In this document: in pieces, positions 48,143-57,400 of the stretch
Position numbering within the stretch: position 1 is the stretch's first letter
How the letters are laid out: the number at the start of each line of letters is the position of its first letter
Source: Candidatus Spongiisociaceae bacterium
Lineage (GTDB): Bacteria > Actinomycetota > Acidimicrobiia > Spongiisociales > Spongiisociaceae
DNA length: 64,000 nucleotides
Reading direction: 5' to 3'
NCBI GenBank assembly: GCA_965202665.1
Contig: OZ241841.1
Location: forward strand, 2,400,001-2,464,000
Translations under genes and position numbers: made by a program
Notes under the pieces: generated by a model
Told to the model about the DNA's origin: nothing
The model's database searches: none
The model's input: only the letters and a program-made list of their open reading frames with translations

Positions 48143-48243
48143 TCTAATCCGCGCCCGGGCCAGCCTGTAGACCCAAACGCCCCAGCGGGCACCGCCGAGC
48201 CCACGGCGCCAGCCTGTTCTCAAACATCCGCCTGCTTTGTCAG

Positions 48244-48454
48244 AACAACCGGCTCCTTCTCCGTTCCGCCGGCTTGCTCCCAGCGGGCGCTCTCCCCCCG
48301 GACGATCCGGGACTTCGTTCCCGATGTTGTTTCCAAAAACCTAGAACGCGAAAAAAATCTCTAACGCCCCCCTTGAATTTCCAACAAAAACCCCGTATGT
48401 TATGGGCGGGAGGGCGGGGGGCGGGTGGGTACCCCAAAAATTTTAAATTTTTTT
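48244..48454 (+). repeat. Intergenic direct repeat, copy 2 (3' end cut by the ISL3 terminus)
   Basis: About 210 bp, near-identical to 49414-49625; lacks the final gagaacgcgaaa. Confidence 0.92.
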
Positions 48455-49410
48455 GGCTCCTCGGGTTTTTTTGGTGGGGGCGGGGGTTTAGTTGGTGTTG
48501 TGGGTTAGGTTAGTAAGATGCCTCGGTGGGCGTAGTTTTGGGGGTTGGAGGGGCTGTGGGCGGTGCGTTTGAGTTTTTGGAGGAGTTGTTGGCGGCTTCT
48601 ATGGGTCCGTTGATTCGTCGTCCGATGGTGTGTAGGAGTTAGGCGAGGATTTCGTTGGACCAGCGGAGGATGGCGGTAACGGGTTTTGCGGTATTGGGGA
48701 ATTAGGCCCGTTTGGCAGAGGTCGGTGAACCGGTCCAGGGCCCCGGTAGGAGATTTCCAAGTTGGGGGCCTGGAAGATTTGGTGTAGTTGTAGGGCTTGC
48801 CAGCCGGTTTCCAGAGCCGTTCCCGTTCGGAGGGGGTGAGACGGTCTTGGCGGGAGCGGTGCAGGCTGGGTTCCCAGGCCGAGGGACGGCCCTGGGATCG
48901 CGGCGGAGTTGGATCAGCGACGTTCCGAACCAGCGGATGACGTGGAAGCGGTCCGGCACGTGTTGCGCCCGGGGCAGGTACTGGTCGATGGCGGTCTTGT
49001 AAGGGGCGGCCCCTTCGGTTGCTACTACCTCCACGCCCCTTCTCCAGGCGGGGCCTTGATCCCGGAAGAACCTGGCCAACCGGGGAGCATACCCAACGTC
49101 TGGTTGGCCTCCCCGTCCGCTACCACCGTCACATACTTGTGGCCCCGGCGGAGGGAAGTCTCATCCACCAGCAACACTCGACACGCCCGTCCCCGCCACC
49201 GGGCCCCCTCCCGCTCCGCCGTCGCTTTTACCAAACCCATGATGACGCTCCAACTCACCCCCGCCCTGTCGGCTTCCCCTCAAACTCGGCATGCCCCTCC
49301 ACATGCGCGCCACCGCACCCCCCGCACTCAAACTGCCGCCGCCCCCAAATCAGCACCGTCTCCCGCTCCCGGGTCGGGAGATCCCGCACCCGCCGGCAAC
49401 CCCCTCTCCA
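48455..49410 (-). mobile_element. Degenerate ISL3-family element
   Basis: VRDLP...VLIWGRRQFECGGCG; VDETSLRRGHKYVTVVAD; VEVVATE.A.PYK.AI...LP.A.HV.DRFHVI. The right terminus GGCTCCTCG (encoding the terminal EEP) is at 48455 beside an AT-rich target. Multiple frameshifts; left end not found. Confidence 0.85.
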
Positions 49411-49413
49411 GTT

Positions 49414-49640
49414 AACAACCGGCTCCTGCTCCGTTCCGCCGGCTTGCTCCCAGCGGGCGCCTTCCCCCCGGACGATCCGGGGCTTCGTTCCCGATGTTGT
49501 TTCCAAAAAACCGAGAACGCGAAAAATATCTCTAACGCCCCCCTTGAATTTTCAACAAAAAACCCGTATGTTATGGGCGGGAGGGCGGGGGGCGGGTGGG
49601 TACCCCCGAATTTTGAAAATTTTTTGAGAACGCGAAATTT
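49414..49640 (+). repeat. Intergenic direct repeat, copy 3 (most complete)
   Basis: 5' GC-rich segment bounded by aacaac/gttgtt, then the core bounded by direct GAGAACGCGAAA motifs. Confidence 0.92.
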
Positions 49641-49654
49641 CCCCCCCGGTTCAG

Positions 49655-50128
49655 TCAGCCGATCCACCATTGGAGGAGCCAGGCGGCCGCCAACCCCCAC
49701 AGTCCGGCCACTGCGTCGTCGGCGGCTATGCCCCATCCTCCCGGCAGCCGTTCCGCGGCCGCCACTAGCGGGAAACGTTTGGTGATGTCGGCTGCCCGGA
49801 ACACTACGAAACCGCCCAGGGCCGGAACTAATCCCACCCCGATCACGGCGATGAACGCCCCGGCCGCTTCGTCGATCACCACCCACCCCGGGTCGTTCTC
49901 CCCGGCTTGGGCGGCCGCCGCCCCGCCCGCCCAGGCCGACAGTCCGGTCACCGCCGCCGCCGCCGCCGCCTGCGCCTCCCATCCCCACCATCCCAGCAAC
50001 AGGGCCGGCCCCAAGGCGAACAGCGCCCCCACCGTCCCCGACCCGGCGTCCGACCCCCGTATGCGGCGCAAGATCAGGCCGGTTCCGAACCAGGAGGCGA
50101 GGGCGGTGACGGCGGTTTTTCTGTTCAT
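49655..50128 (-). CDS. pgpA: Phosphatidylglycerophosphatase A
   Basis: LASWFGTG, SGTVG, DPGWVVIDEAAG, FRAADITK, GGWGIAADDAVAG; RBS ggagg before MNRK. Confidence 0.88.
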   Translation of the reverse strand: MNRKTAVTALASWFGTGLILRRIRGSDAGSGTVGALFALGPALLLGWWGWEAQAAAAAAVTGLSAWAGGAAAAQAGENDPGWVVIDEAAGAFIAVIGVGLVPALGGFVVFRAADITKRFPLVAAAERLPGGWGIAADDAVAGLWGLAAAWLLQWWIG

Positions 50129-50253
50129 TCCTCCCCGGCGGCGCCGCGGGTTAATCGGCCTTGGCAACGAGGGTAGCGGAGCGCGGCGGGCCTTTCCCGC
50201 TCCGGCGGGCCGTTTTGGCCGCGTACGTCTTTTACCGGTTATATTATGGGGCT

Positions 50254-51165
50254 ATGGAGACCTCGAAATACATTTGGATGGACGGCCGCCGGGTGCCTTG
50301 GGAGGAGGCCAACGTCCATGTGCTGACCCACGCCCTGCATTACGGGACGGGCGTCTTCGAAGGCATCAGGGCTTATGAGACGGAAGGCGGGACGGCCGTT
50401 TTCCGCTTGCGCGACCATATGTTGCGCCTGCATCGTTCCTGCCAGGCCTACCGGATAGACCCCCCCTATACGGTGGAGGAACTGGTGGAAGCCGCCAAAT
50501 CCCTGGTGGCGGCCAACGAGTTGGAAGCCGGATACATCCGCCCCATTATTTTCCTGGGTTTGGGGGCGCTGGGGTTGGATCCCCGCAACGCCGAAGTGCG
50601 GGCGGCCATCGTCACTTGGCGGTGGGGGGCCTATCTGGGCGAGGAGGGCGTCCGCAACGGCATCCGGGTGAAAGTGTCCTCCTGGCGGCGCTTCTCCCAT
50701 GACGCCTTCCCCAACGCCAAAGCCACCGGCACCTACATCAACTCCATTTTGGCCAAGCACGACGCCCTCACCGACGGCTACGACGAGGCGCTGATGCTCG
50801 CTTCGGACGGGGCCATCTCCGAAGGTTCGGGGGAAAACCTGTTCCTGGTCAGCAAAGGGACCGTTTACACCCCGCCCCTGTCGGCCGGTTGCCTGGACGG
50901 GGTGACTCGGGACACGGTCATCACCTTGCTGGCCGACGACGGCTATAAAGTGGTGGAGAAGGTGATTCACCGGGCCGACCTTTACTACTGCGATGAACTG
51001 TTCATGACCGGAACAGCCGCCGAAGTAACCCCCATCCGGGAGGTGGACAACCGGCGGGTCGGCTCCGGTTCCCCCGGCCCGGTCACCCGCCGCGCCCAGC
51101 AACTCTACGCGGAGGCCTACGGGGGGAAACTGGACCGCTACGCCGGTTGGCTGGACTACGTCTGA
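50254..51165 (+). CDS. ilvE: Branched-chain amino acid aminotransferase
   Basis: IWMDG, HALHYGTGVFEGIRAY, AKATGTYINS, EGSGENLF, LDGVTRD, GTAAEVTP; TATTAT (50242-50247) is 6 nt before the ATG. Confidence 0.95.
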   Translation: METSKYIWMDGRRVPWEEANVHVLTHALHYGTGVFEGIRAYETEGGTAVFRLRDHMLRLHRSCQAYRIDPPYTVEELVEAAKSLVAANELEAGYIRPIIFLGLGALGLDPRNAEVRAAIVTWRWGAYLGEEGVRNGIRVKVSSWRRFSHDAFPNAKATGTYINSILAKHDALTDGYDEALMLASDGAISEGSGENLFLVSKGTVYTPPLSAGCLDGVTRDTVITLLADDGYKVVEKVIHRADLYYCDELFMTGTAAEVTPIREVDNRRVGSGSPGPVTRRAQQLYAEAYGGKLDRYAGWLDYV

Positions 51166-51183
51166 GAGGCGGGAGCGGAATCA

Positions 51184-51696
51184 GTGGGCCGCCGCCCCTA
51201 CATTGAACTGGGAACCTCCGACCCGCCGGCGGAGGAGTTGGAGCGTTCCGCCGAGCGGCGCTGGCGCCCCACCCGCCCCGGCGAAATCCTGTCGCCCGCC
51301 GACGTTCCGGCGGGGGCCTCCTTCGGCCGCCCCGGCCCGGACGCCGGTTGGAGCCTGCGCCTCATCCGCCGCGCCGAATACGACCGGGGGAGCCGCCCCG
51401 GCCGGTTGGAAAGTTTGCTGACCTCTTTGGCGGCGGCGCGGGCGGCGGCGGCGGGCCGGGGTCCGGTTCCCCAAGATGTGGAGACGGCCCTGTCGCTGGT
51501 CGGGTTGCGCCCCGACGGTTTAGGGGAGGAGGCCCTGCAACGGCTGGCCGCCCGCCGGGAAGAATGGCTGGACGCCGTCGCCCATGAGCCTACGGCGGGG
51601 ATGGCGGCCCTGGCGGACATACCGGCCGACCTGCTGGCCGACGCCCCGGAGCGGGCGCGGGCCCGCTTGGCCGCCGACCCCGGCCTGGTCGGCTGA
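51184..51696 (+). CDS. Hypothetical protein
   Basis: Fills the gap between ilvE and the FAH gene on the same strand with typical high-GC codon usage; no family recognised. Confidence 0.6.
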   Translation: MGRRPYIELGTSDPPAEELERSAERRWRPTRPGEILSPADVPAGASFGRPGPDAGWSLRLIRRAEYDRGSRPGRLESLLTSLAAARAAAAGRGPVPQDVETALSLVGLRPDGLGEEALQRLAARREEWLDAVAHEPTAGMAALADIPADLLADAPERARARLAADPGLVG

Positions 51697-51733
51697 CCCG
51701 CCGGACGCGGGATCATCGGCGGGCGGTCGGCCT

Positions 51734-52513
51734 ATGAAAGTGGTGCGCATCCAAACCGAAGAGGGCATCCGCTACGGGGTGGTGGAAGAGGAGGGCATCC
51801 GGGTGTACGACGGCTCGCCGCTGGTGATGTGGGAGCCGACCGAAGCGCTGGTGGAATTTTCCGCCGCCCGCCTGCTGGCCCCGGTGTTTCCCACCAAAGT
51901 GGTGTGCGTGGGACGCAACTACGGGGAGCACGCCCGGGAAATGGATTCGGATGTTCCGGAGTCGCCCCTGATTTTCCTGAAACCGTCCACGGCGGTGATC
52001 GGCCCGGAGAAGCCGATCGTCCTGCCGTCCGTCTCGCAGGAGGTGCATCACGAGGCGGAAATGGCGGTGATCATCGGACAGGTGGCCCGCAACGTGGCCG
52101 CCGAAGACGCATACCGGGCGGTGCTGGGCTACACGGCCGCCAACGATGTGACCGCCCGCGACCTGCAACGCCGGGACGGGCAGTGGACGCGGGGCAAAGG
52201 CTTCGACACGTTCTGCCCGCTGGGGCCGGCCATCGAAACCGAATTCGACCCGTTGGAGGATCATTCGCTGGAATGCCGGGTGAACGGGGAGGTGCGGCAG
52301 GCGGGTTCGGTGCGGGACATGATTTTCGGGGTGGCTCGGCTGATCGAATTCATTTCCGGGGTGATGACGCTCCTGCCCGGGGACGTTATCTTGACCGGCA
52401 CCCCGTCCGGGGTGGGCCGGTTGCGGGCGGGCGACCGGGTGGAAGTGTCGCTGGAAGGGGTGGGCGCCCTGTCCAACCCGGTGGCGGACGCCCCGGCCGG
52501 GGGGCCGGAATGA
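51734..52513 (+). CDS. Fumarylacetoacetate hydrolase family protein
   Basis: [58 protein letters not shown]; its position just before gltX is typical of actinobacteria. Confidence 0.93.
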   Translation: MKVVRIQTEEGIRYGVVEEEGIRVYDGSPLVMWEPTEALVEFSAARLLAPVFPTKVVCVGRNYGEHAREMDSDVPESPLIFLKPSTAVIGPEKPIVLPSVSQEVHHEAEMAVIIGQVARNVAAEDAYRAVLGYTAANDVTARDLQRRDGQWTRGKGFDTFCPLGPAIETEFDPLEDHSLECRVNGEVRQAGSVRDMIFGVARLIEFISGVMTLLPGDVILTGTPSGVGRLRAGDRVEVSLEGVGALSNPVADAPAGGPE

Positions 52514-52547
52514 CGGCCGGCGGGCGCGGTTTGCGGCGCGGACGACG

Positions 52548-54026
52548 GTGACTCCCCGCCTCCGAATCGCCCCTTCCCCCACCGGGTTTCTGCATGTGGG
52601 CAACGTGCGGGCGGCCCTGTTCAACTGGTTGCACGCCCGCCGCACCGGCGGGGTTTTCATCGTCCGCATCGACGACACCGACCGGGCCCGTTCGGAGGAA
52701 AAATATGTTTCCGACATCGTGTCCGGGTTGCGCTGGCTGGGTTTGGACTGGGACGAAGGGGCGGAAGCGGGGGGGCCGCACGGCTCATACCGCCAGTCGG
52801 ACCGGTTCGACCGCTACCGGGAGGCGGCGGAAGGCCTGGTTTCCGCGGGGCGGGCCTATCGCGATTTCCGCCCGGCGGGAAAGCTGGACGAATTGCGGTC
52901 CCGAGCGCAGGCGGAGCGCAAACCCCCCGGTCATTACATCCGCCGCCCGGATGACTCCGATGCGGAACGGGATCGGGCCCGGGCGGAGGCGGGGGAGGAG
53001 GCGACCATCCGGTTTTTGGTTCCCCCCGGGGAGGCGGTGGCTTTCACCGACCGGGTGCGGGGGGAGGTGCGGTTCGAGGCGGAGGCGGTGGACGACTTCG
53101 TGATCCTGCGCTCCGACGGGTCGCCCACCTATCATCTGGCTTCCGTAGCGGACGATGTGGACTACCGGATCACCGACGTGGCCCGGGGGGAAGATCTGCT
53201 GTCCTCCACCCCCAAGCACATTCTGCTGACCCGGGCTTTGGGGGCGGAGCCGCCCCGCTACGCCCATCTGCCTTTGCTGTTGGGGCCGGACGGGCGCAAA
53301 CTTTCCAAACGGCACGGGGACACCGCCCTGCGGTTTTACCGGGAGGCCGGTTTTCTGCCGGACGCGGTGTTCAACTACATGAGCCTGCTGGGATGGTCGT
53401 TGCATCCGGAAAACGAAGTGTTTTCCCGGGCGGAGGCGACGGCCGCGTTTGATTTGGACGATGTGCAGAAAAGCCCCGCCGTCTTCGATACTGAAAAACT
53501 GGAATGGATGAACGGGTTGTACATCCGGGCTCTGCCGGCGGCGGAATTCGCGGAGTCGGCTTTGGCGGCGGCGGCCGGCGGACTGGGGCGGGAGTTGCCG
53601 GAGGCGGAGCGGGAGAGGTTGCGGGCGATCGCCCCCCTGGTGCAGGAACGGGTGCGGCTGCTGTCGGAGGTGACCCCCATGGTGCGGTTCCTGCTGGAAG
53701 AGGTGGAATACGATGAGGCGGCCTGGGCGAAGGTCATGAAAGAAGAGGCCCGCCCGGTTCTGGAGGCGGCGGCGATCGCGTTGCAGGCGGTGGAGCCGTG
53801 GGGCAAAGAGGGGATAGAGGAGGCCCTGCGGGGGATGCTGGACGTACTGGGGGTGAAGCCCCGCAAAGGACTGCAGCCGATCCGGGTGGCGGTAACCGGC
53901 TCCAACGTTTCCCCGCCGCTTTTCGAAAGCCTGGCCGCCCTCCCGCAGGCGGAGGCGCTGGCCCGCATCAAATCGGCCGCCTCCCGCCTGGGGGAGACCG
54001 CGGTACCAGCGAATGGGCTAGACTAA
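52548..54026 (+). CDS. gltX: Glutamate--tRNA ligase
   Basis: RIAPSPTGFLHVGN (HIGH), RIDDTD, LRWLGLDWDEG, RGEDLL, KLSKRHG (KMSKS), IRVAVTG...SPPLF. Confidence 0.96.
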   Translation: MTPRLRIAPSPTGFLHVGNVRAALFNWLHARRTGGVFIVRIDDTDRARSEEKYVSDIVSGLRWLGLDWDEGAEAGGPHGSYRQSDRFDRYREAAEGLVSAGRAYRDFRPAGKLDELRSRAQAERKPPGHYIRRPDDSDAERDRARAEAGEEATIRFLVPPGEAVAFTDRVRGEVRFEAEAVDDFVILRSDGSPTYHLASVADDVDYRITDVARGEDLLSSTPKHILLTRALGAEPPRYAHLPLLLGPDGRKLSKRHGDTALRFYREAGFLPDAVFNYMSLLGWSLHPENEVFSRAEATAAFDLDDVQKSPAVFDTEKLEWMNGLYIRALPAAEFAESALAAAAGGLGRELPEAERERLRAIAPLVQERVRLLSEVTPMVRFLLEEVEYDEAAWAKVMKEEARPVLEAAAIALQAVEPWGKEGIEEALRGMLDVLGVKPRKGLQPIRVAVTGSNVSPPLFESLAALPQAEALARIKSAASRLGETAVPANGLD

Positions 54027-54040
54027 GGACTTCCCCGGTG

Positions 54041-54116
54041 GGCCCCGTCGTCCAGCGGTCTAGGACGCTGGCCTTTCAAGCCAGAAACGCGGGTTCGAAT
54101 CCCGTCGGGGCCACCA
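54041..54116 (+). tRNA. tRNA-Glu(TTC)
   Basis: Acceptor GGCCCCG/CGGGGCC; anticodon arm CTGGC-CTTTCAA-GCCAG; T-arm GCGGG-TTCGAAT-CCCGT; ACCA end encoded. Confidence 0.96.
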
Positions 54117-54238
54117 CTGTCGTAAATGTTGTCGAGATTCGACCGCGAGGAGCGTAAGTGGGCATTTCGGCTTTAGGGGCGCGTGAGGTTGTGGAGTTCT
54201 CATTCAAGCCCGAACAGCGATACAGCCATCCACCTCCA

Positions 54239-54319
54239 GCTTAGGTCCGGTCTGGTGCGCGGCGCTCGAAATGCCGTAGGGGTTTTCGCCCCTCGTGGGT
54301 TCGAATCCCACCCCCTCCG
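54239..54319 (+). pseudogene. 5'-truncated tRNA-Ser(CGA)
   Basis: Anticodon arm CGGCG-CTCGAAA-TGCCG, long variable arm GGGG-TTTTCG-CCCC, T-arm GTGGG-TTCGAAT-CCCAC and 3' acceptor CCCCTCC-G are present; the required 5' GGAGGGG is missing. Confidence 0.75.
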
Positions 54320-54365
54320 CTTTTGTCGGTGGGCGGGTTTGGCGGCGGGGCGGGCGGGCGGCGGT

Positions 54366-54394
54366 TTGACATATTGGGGGGGGGGGGTTAGGGT
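54366..54394 (+). promoter_or_regulatory. Sigma-70-type promoter TTGACA-N17-TAGGGT with a G12 tract in the spacer
   Basis: TTGACA 54366-54371; G12 54376-54387; TAGGGT 54389-54394; about 90 nt upstream of giant gene 2. Confidence 0.75.
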
Positions 54395-54483
54395 TTTGGG
54401 TGCTGGGCTTGTTGTGGGTTCAGTAGCCCGTTGCGGCGGCGGGTTTGGTATTGGTTCGCCGTTGGAGAGTTTGGAGGTTGGTG

Positions 54484-57400
54484 ATGGGGCGGATGTCGGG
54501 GTTGGGTTCGGTGGGTGGGGTGTGGGGGCGTGTGTTGGGGTTGGGTTTGGCGGTGGTGTTGGTGGTGGGGTTGTTGCCGTTGGTTCCGGTGGGGGTGGAG
54601 GGGCAGACGCGGACTATTTCGTTTAGGATTACGGATCGGAATAATAATCCGGTTTCGGCTGTTACTGAGAATGCTGGGGATTTGCGGTTGCGGCTTCATA
54701 TGGATATTTCGCCTGCGGCGCATAAGGGCGGTTCTGTGTATTTTAATACGGGTGGTAGCGCTACTCGTCATACGGATTATGGGTTTGGTTATGCTGACCA
54801 ATGTTGTATATCTGCTGGTAATTGGTATAGTCATGTCCAAGATAATTCGTGGCTTTCTTGGGGTACTGGGGATACTCATAAATCAGTTGATTTTACGTTG
54901 AGGATGGTGGATGATAGGTTGTTTGAGTATTATGAGTCGTTTAAGATTGTGAGGGGTACTGCTACTGATGGTTTTACGTATGCGAATTCTGAGGTGGGGT
55001 TGTCTGTGATTGATCAGGATCGTAGGTTGGGGGTGTCGTATTCTGTTAGTGAGGTGGGGGAGAGTGCGGCGGGGCAGTGGCGGTCGGGTACGGTGACGTT
55101 GAGTAGGGGGGATGTTTCGAGTGGGGTGTTTGTGCCTGCTACGGCGAATTGGACTACTTATGGTGTTAATCCTTTGCAGGTGAAGGTGGTGGATGGTTCT
55201 GCGAAGAATGAGGTGGCGGGGGTGACGGATGAGAGGCGTGATTTTGTGTTTTCGCATTTTAATGATGTGGTGGTTGCGAATCGGCGGATTGTTAGTGTTG
55301 CTAAGGGGCAGGTGTCGGGTACGGTTGGTGATGTCGGGTTTCGGGTTTTGTCGGAGGTGGGGGAGCGGGTGGCGGAGCCGCCGGAGGTGTTTTATGTGAC
55401 GGTGGATACTTCTCCGGTGTGGGGGGCGCCGGTGACGATTGTGGATGATGATGTGACTATTGCGTTGTCGTCGTCGTCGTCTAATAGTTCTTTTGCGGGG
55501 TTCGCGGAGAGTGATATTCCGCAGCCGGTGACGGTGACGGCCCGGTTTTTGCATGCGGCTCGTTCGGTGATTCCTACGGATACGGTGGTGAATGTGAGTG
55601 TGAAGTCGTTTTCGGATAGTCCTGTGTTGACGGGTGGGGGGGCGGTGGTGTCGTCGGGGGCGTGTCCGCAGACGAGTGGGGATGTGTGTTTGGATGTGGG
55701 GAATTCGTTTACGGTGACGATCCCGGCGGGGCAGGTGAGTGGGTCGAGGACGGTTTTGATGACGGCGCGGGATGAGGGCGGTACGGCGGAGGGGGTGGAG
55801 GGGGTGGGGTTGGATGGGTCGGCGTCGGTGGGGGGGGAGGCGGTGTTTGTGTATGGTCATGCTATCCGGGTGTATGATGCGGCTGACGCGAAGGTGATTG
55901 GGTTGTCGTTGCATGAGGCGGCGACGGGGGAGGCGGGGTTGTCGTCGGTGGGGGAGGGGGTTGGGAAGGCGGTGCGGGTGCGGGCTACTATGGCTGGGTC
56001 GTGGCAGTCGGTGTGGGAGTCGCGGTATTCGAGGGTGGTGTGGGTGACGCCGGGTTCGGTGAGCGGTTCGGCTACGTTGGGGTCGTGTTCGGGTTCGGGT
56101 CAGAGCCGGGTGTGCACGGGGGATTTCGGGCGGAGCGCGGGGGAGGTGTCGGTTCGTATGGGGTCGGATGATTCAGCGACGGTGGGGGATGTGACGATCA
56201 CTACGTATGATGATACGGTGACGGAGGATGGGGAGTCGGTGGTGTTTTGGGGTCGCTCCAATTCGCAGTGGGTGGTCGCTCCGGCGATGTTGACTATTAA
56301 TGATGGGGATCGGTATGTGGATTTGAGCGTGTCGCCGTCGACGGTAGCGGAGCCTGCGTCGGGCAATACCCGTAATGATATGCGGTTGACGGCCCGGTTT
56401 GGGCAGATGGTTGGTAATGTGTTTGTTCCGTCGACGTCCAGCACTCATAGCAGTAGTTTTACTTCGCGGTTGTATTTTCGGGACCAGTCGGCGACGCAGG
56501 AGGACGATCAAGGCAATGTAGATGATTTTTATCAGATTGGCTTTTCTTTTAGGGATATTTCCATCGCGGCTGGTTCGGTGTCGGGGTCGGTGACGTGGCC
56601 TTTCAACTTTTATGCTGATAATAAGGCGGAGGGTACGGAGGATTTCCGTTTTGAGTGGGGGAACAGCCAGGTAGCGGGTTATAGTTTGTCGCCGAATCCC
56701 AACGTGTATATCACAGATCCGGATTCGGCGCTTAATCTGTCGATAGACGCTGATGGGGGAACAACTGGGGTGCAGCCGTTGCGGGAGGGGGAGTCGTTGT
56801 CGGGGGCGGTGGGGGTGGCGGCGTTTTCGGCGGGTTCGTCTACGATCGGGTCGGCGACTTCGGTTGTTTTGTCTGCGGGGTTGGGTGCGCCGGGGGCGGG
56901 GGTGGCGTCGGCGGTTGATTTCACGTATGCGCCCGCTTCCCCGAACACGGTTTCGGTGGCGGCTAATAGTGTGTCGGGGTCGGCGGCGTTGGGGGGGTTG
57001 GCGGTGGTGGATGATGGTGTGGTGGAGGGTCCGGAGACGTTTGTTTTGTCGGGGGTGGTTACGGGGGTGGCGGGGGTGTCGGCGGCGGATAGTTCGGTGA
57101 CGATTGTGGATGATGATGCGGATATTGATTTGACGGTGTCGGAGTCGTCGGTGCTGGAAGGAGCCGGGGAGCAGGCGATCACGGTGAGGGCGGCTTTTAG
57201 GGGGAGCAGTTCCGTTTTGACGGCGGCGACTGATGTGACGGTGACGTTGGCGAGCGCGGCGTCGGGTGGGGCGGTGTTGTCGTCGGCGGTGTGTCCGCAG
57301 ACCAGTGGAGACGTGTGTTCCGACAAGACCAATAATCAGTTCACGGTGTCCATCCCGGCGGGCGCCACCAGCGGGTCGGCGACGTTGCGGCTGACCGCCC

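Noticed and set aside
46951-49640. CRISPR array or integron
   Set aside because: Repeats of 130-230 bp with ~1-kb intervals do not fit CRISPR; no cas genes, integron integrase or attC-type ends are seen.
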